Shown: piece by piece, positions 60,785-64,000 of the stretch | Position numbering within the stretch: position 1 is the stretch's first letter | Layout: every line of letters starts with the position of its first letter | Program-made: the position numbers and the translations under genes | Notes under the pieces: model-generated | The model's database searches: none | What the model saw: the letters and a program-made list of their open reading frames with translations, nothing else | What the model was told of the DNA's origin: nothing | NCBI GenBank assembly: GCA_963762745.1 | Contig: CAVXMB010000002.1 | Span: forward strand, 291,043 to 355,042 | Direction: 5' to 3' | DNA: 64,000 bases | From: an uncultured Actinomycetota bacterium | GTDB taxonomy: Bacteria; Actinomycetota; UBA4738; HRBIN12

Positions 60785-63700
60785 TTACGTGGTGGTCTCG
60801 ACGATGGTCGGCGTCCGATGCGGTGCGTCGTTCGGGAAGAGCGCCAGGATCGACGGGTCGTCGTCCGCGACCGCGGAACCGGCGCTCACCTCGATCGGCG
60901 CGGCGGCGTCACAGGCGCCGCCGTCCCAGAATCCCTGGCACACGAGCGGATCGATCACCAGCGCCGGGTCCGTCGAGTTGAGCGTCAGGTTCCAGGTGCC
61001 GGTGCCGTCGTCGATCTCTCCCGCGGAGTCGCAGATGAATCCGGGGACGTCGCCCGAGAAGGTTCCGGTGCACGCCTCCACGTGATACGCGAACTCCGGC
61101 GCACCGGTGGTCAGGCCGATCGCGCCTGCATCGACCACGAGCCCCACCAGGTTGCTGTTGTAGTTGCTGTAGTCGGCGAAGTACAGCGCCGTGCAGTCGT
61201 CGAACGGCTCCGGGAGGGAGAGGTCGAAGACACAGACCTCGCCACCCGGCCCCGACAGCTTCACGACCATGTAGTCCGCCTGCAGTTCCGTATCGGCGAA
61301 CACACCGTCGGCGCCCGCGTCGATCAGGACGTCGACCTCGAGCGTCTCGGTGGTGTTGTGCGTGGCCCAGGTCTGGACGCCGATCTCGACCGGCTCCGTG
61401 GGCTCGTCATCGCTGGTCAGGAACTCCTGCCATGTGATGCCCGCGAACTCGTCCACCCCTGCGGGGACGCCCTCGGCGGTGCCGTTGATCGAGCTCCCGG
61501 TGAACGAGCGCGCGCCGACGGCGATGAGGTCCGCCTCGTTGCGGCTCTGCGCCGGGTCGGTCGTCCCGAGCAGGTAGAGGTCGGCGTACGAGACCCCTGC
61601 GGCCGGGCCTTCCAGCAGCTCCATCTCCGCCGGGTTCGGGCCGGTGAGATCCAGCGAGGACTCGGAGAGGCTGTTGTCCGACGTCGCCAGGGGCACCACG
61701 TGCCACGGGAGACGGAGCACGTCGCTCGGCGTCCCGCTCTGCGCCACCTGGACGGTCCCGTCCATGTTGGGGTGGAAGTAGTACCACCCGTACTCCTGCT
61801 CGGGCTCGGAGATGGCATCCGGGTCCAGGGTGAGCCGGACCCACACCCGTCGCTGCTGGCCGCCGTTCAGGTTGAACGACCTGCTCGCGCCGAACGTGGT
61901 GCCGTTGGTGGAGATGCCCACCGACGTGAGAGCCGGATCGAAGTCCGAGTAGCGGTCCGCGGCGGTCACGGTGTACCCGTGCGGCTTGTTGTCGAAGTTC
62001 TTCACCCGGAAGCTCCGCACCGCCGACCAGTCGGTCGGGGTCGGTGCGAATCCGAAGGACAGGCTTCCCGGCCAGGCCACCGACTTCGCGCGGGCTGACT
62101 GGAAGGCCTCGACCCGGCCGGACCCCATCACGGTGGCCGACACGGGAGTGTTCAACAGGTTGTCCTTCAAGTTCCGATTCGCCTGGTTCATGAGCACGCC
62201 CTTGATCTGGGCCGGGCTCCAGCTCGGGTGCAGTTGCCTGAGCAAGGTGGCCACTCCCGAGACGTGCGGGGCAGCCATCGAGGTGCCGGACAGGGCGACG
62301 GCCTCGTTTCCGGTTCCGACCGAGGCCGCCTCGATCGCGGACCCCGGCGCGGAGATGTCGGGCTTCAGGTCGTTCGTGAGCCGAGCCGGACCCTCCGACG
62401 TGAAGCTCGTCATCGCGTCCACGAACGCGGTGTTCGGCTGCAGGTCGTCCGAGATCGTCACGTTGACCGTGGCCTCGTTGAACGTCGTCGGCGCGTTCGG
62501 GCTCAACACGGCCAGGATCGCGTCGGCGTCGAGTCTCGAGATCATGAACGACGGGATCGTGAGCACCTCGCCGTTGGTTGCGAGCGCCACCGGTGCCCCG
62601 GCCGCGTTGTTGCGAACGACCACCGCGATCGCGCCGGCTTCCTGAGCGTTGAACGTCTTCGTCGACACCGCGCACGTGCCGCGGAAGACGACGACGGTCT
62701 GGCCGGTCAATGACCCGGGCGCGACAGGATCGCAGAAGTGATCCGCCGTCTGGGGATCGACCGCCCGGCCGTCGAACAGGTCGTCGGTGTGACCACCCGC
62801 CGGCACCGGAGCCGACCACGACTGGTGGACGGTGAGGCCGTCGAGCGGGAGGACCACTCCGGGTGGGCTGTTGACGTCGAGGTCGAGTGCGAGGAACTCG
62901 TCGATCGAGGCCGCGACGCCGACCACGCCACGCGCGATCGAAGGCGTGCCGGAGATGTAGGCGGACGCGCCGGACGGCTGGTTCCCCGAGTTGCCGGCCG
63001 AGGCCACGAACACGGTGCCGAGGTCGACCACTCGCTGCGCGGCCCGTGCCTCGAGCGAGTTCAGCGTGCCGTAGTCGACGCCGCCGGAGAAGGAAAGGAC
63101 ATCGACCGCGTCGGACACGTCGCCGTCCTGGTTGGGGTCCATCGCCCGCTCGTACGCGGCGACCAGCACGTCGTCGGTGGAGTTGCCCTCGTCCCAGACC
63201 TTGTACGCGAACAGCTTGGCTGCGGGAGCGACACCGCGTCCGACCTGTCCGGGCACGTTGACACCGGCGACGGTGCTGCCGGTGTGGGTGCCGTGGCCGT
63301 CGCTGTCGAGCGGATCGAAGTCGGGCCGCGGCGTGTCGTTCGAGGAGTCAGCGTCGAGCACGTCGTAGTCGTTGCCGACGAAGTCGAAGCCGCCGATCAC
63401 CTTGGCGGTGGGGAACGTGCCCGGCTCGATGAAGTTCGGGTCGTTGGCCTCGTAGGCCGCGACCGTGCCCTCGCCGCCGAAGGAAGCGTGTGTGTAGTCG
63501 ATGCCGGTGTCGACGATCGCGACCCGCATGCCCTGGCCGCGGACGCCGTAGGTGCTCCAGACCTGGGGTGCGCCGATGAACGGCACGCTCGTGGTGAGGG
63601 TCTTCCTCACGATCGACACGGGTTGCACCGACCGGACGTCCGCGCGCTGCGCGAGCGCCGATGCGGCCTCCGCAGAGAGGCGAGCGGAGAACGCGTTCAC

Positions 63701-64000
63701 CAGGATCTTGTAACGGAACGTGACCTGTCCCCCGAGGGATTTGGCCTGGGCGATCGCGGCCTCCTGCGAGCGGAGCGCAGCGGATGCGGCCGTTTGCTGC
63801 AGCGGCTTGCTGGTCTGGTCAGAGGCCGCCGCTCCGCCGAGGACCGCATCCGCGACCGCGGCTGCCTTCATCTCGACGAAGTAGCGCCCGAGCTGACGCG
63901 CTCGAACCATCGCGGGCTGGAATCCGTCGGGCAGGGTCGTCTCGGCGACACGCCGGGAGCGATCTTTCGCCTGTGGTCCCTGTGGAGCCGACTGTCCGAT
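60785..64000 (-). CDS. Large secreted subtilisin-like (S8) serine protease with an I9 propeptide, PA-domain insert and C-terminal beta-rich domains; the 5' end is probably outside the window
   Basis: Catalytic triad contexts VAIVDTGIDYTH, DGHGTHTGSTVAG, SGTSMAAPHVSG. The frame stays open from 63910 to the window edge. Confidence 0.9.
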   Translation of the reverse strand: MGQSAPQGPQAKDRSRRVAETTLPDGFQPAMVRARQLGRYFVEMKAAAVADAVLGGAAASDQTSKPLQQTAASAALRSQEAAIAQAKSLGGQVTFRYKILVNAFSARLSAEAASALAQRADVRSVQPVSIVRKTLTTSVPFIGAPQVWSTYGVRGQGMRVAIVDTGIDYTHASFGGEGTVAAYEANDPNFIEPGTFPTAKVIGGFDFVGNDYDVLDADSSNDTPRPDFDPLDSDGHGTHTGSTVAGVNVPGQVGRGVAPAAKLFAYKVWDEGNSTDDVLVAAYERAMDPNQDGDVSDAVDVLSFSGGVDYGTLNSLEARAAQRVVDLGTVFVASAGNSGNQPSGASAYISGTPSIARGVVGVAASIDEFLALDLDVNSPPGVVLPLDGLTVHQSWSAPVPAGGHTDDLFDGRAVDPQTADHFCDPVAPGSLTGQTVVVFRGTCAVSTKTFNAQEAGAIAVVVRNNAAGAPVALATNGEVLTIPSFMISRLDADAILAVLSPNAPTTFNEATVNVTISDDLQPNTAFVDAMTSFTSEGPARLTNDLKPDISAPGSAIEAASVGTGNEAVALSGTSMAAPHVSGVATLLRQLHPSWSPAQIKGVLMNQANRNLKDNLLNTPVSATVMGSGRVEAFQSARAKSVAWPGSLSFGFAPTPTDWSAVRSFRVKNFDNKPHGYTVTAADRYSDFDPALTSVGISTNGTTFGASRSFNLNGGQQRRVWVRLTLDPDAISEPEQEYGWYYFHPNMDGTVQVAQSGTPSDVLRLPWHVVPLATSDNSLSESSLDLTGPNPAEMELLEGPAAGVSYADLYLLGTTDPAQSRNEADLIAVGARSFTGSSINGTAEGVPAGVDEFAGITWQEFLTSDDEPTEPVEIGVQTWATHNTTETLEVDVLIDAGADGVFADTELQADYMVVKLSGPGGEVCVFDLSLPEPFDDCTALYFADYSNYNSNLVGLVVDAGAIGLTTGAPEFAYHVEACTGTFSGDVPGFICDSAGEIDDGTGTWNLTLNSTDPALVIDPLVCQGFWDGGACDAAAPIEVSAGSAVADDDPSILALFPNDAPHRTPTIVETTT

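Overview
High-GC (about 68-70%) actinobacterial chromosome segment that starts at the replication-origin side. Positions 1 to about 20.4 kb are the conserved oriC-proximal block, colinear with Mycobacterium tuberculosis Rv3924c-Rv3907c: dnaA, rpmH-rnpA-yidD-yidC-jag-rsmG-parA-parB, cwlM, trxA-trxB, an anti-sigma/ECF sigma pair, murJ, an Rv3909-like protein, a NUDIX gene and cca. This block carries lineage-specific insertions: tandem PLDc_N mini-proteins, a TadG-like protein, a frameshifted TauE gene, and an orphan pilT with an HExxH membrane protein. The rest is mixed housekeeping and accessory DNA. It holds a MerR-TOBE/MOT1-like/lepB operon, a decayed IS1595 copy in a lower-GC islet, and three class III nucleotide cyclases. 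It also holds an ECF sigma paired with a four-module surface protein, and ychF. Further genes are sodN/sodX (Ni-SOD and its protease), tusA-dsrE, four MFS transporters and padR-ino1. A cobalamin riboswitch drives btuFCD-cobO-cobU-cobT-cobS. The remaining genes are PAC2, a P450, a disrupted LVIVD gene, a RES-Xre toxin-antitoxin pair and a large S8 protease that runs off the window end. I found no rRNA, tRNA or CRISPR. I see no clear-cut novel multi-gene defence system. The most interesting items are a perfect parS on the rsmG start and several single-base G-run frameshifts, one of which creates a false CobO-CobU fusion. Others are head-to-head overlapping sodN/sodX starts, an AT-rich triple operator for padR-ino1, a 36-bp coding tandem repeat, and the ECF sigma plus repeat-protein pair. 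All domain calls were made by eye from the translations, with no database search.
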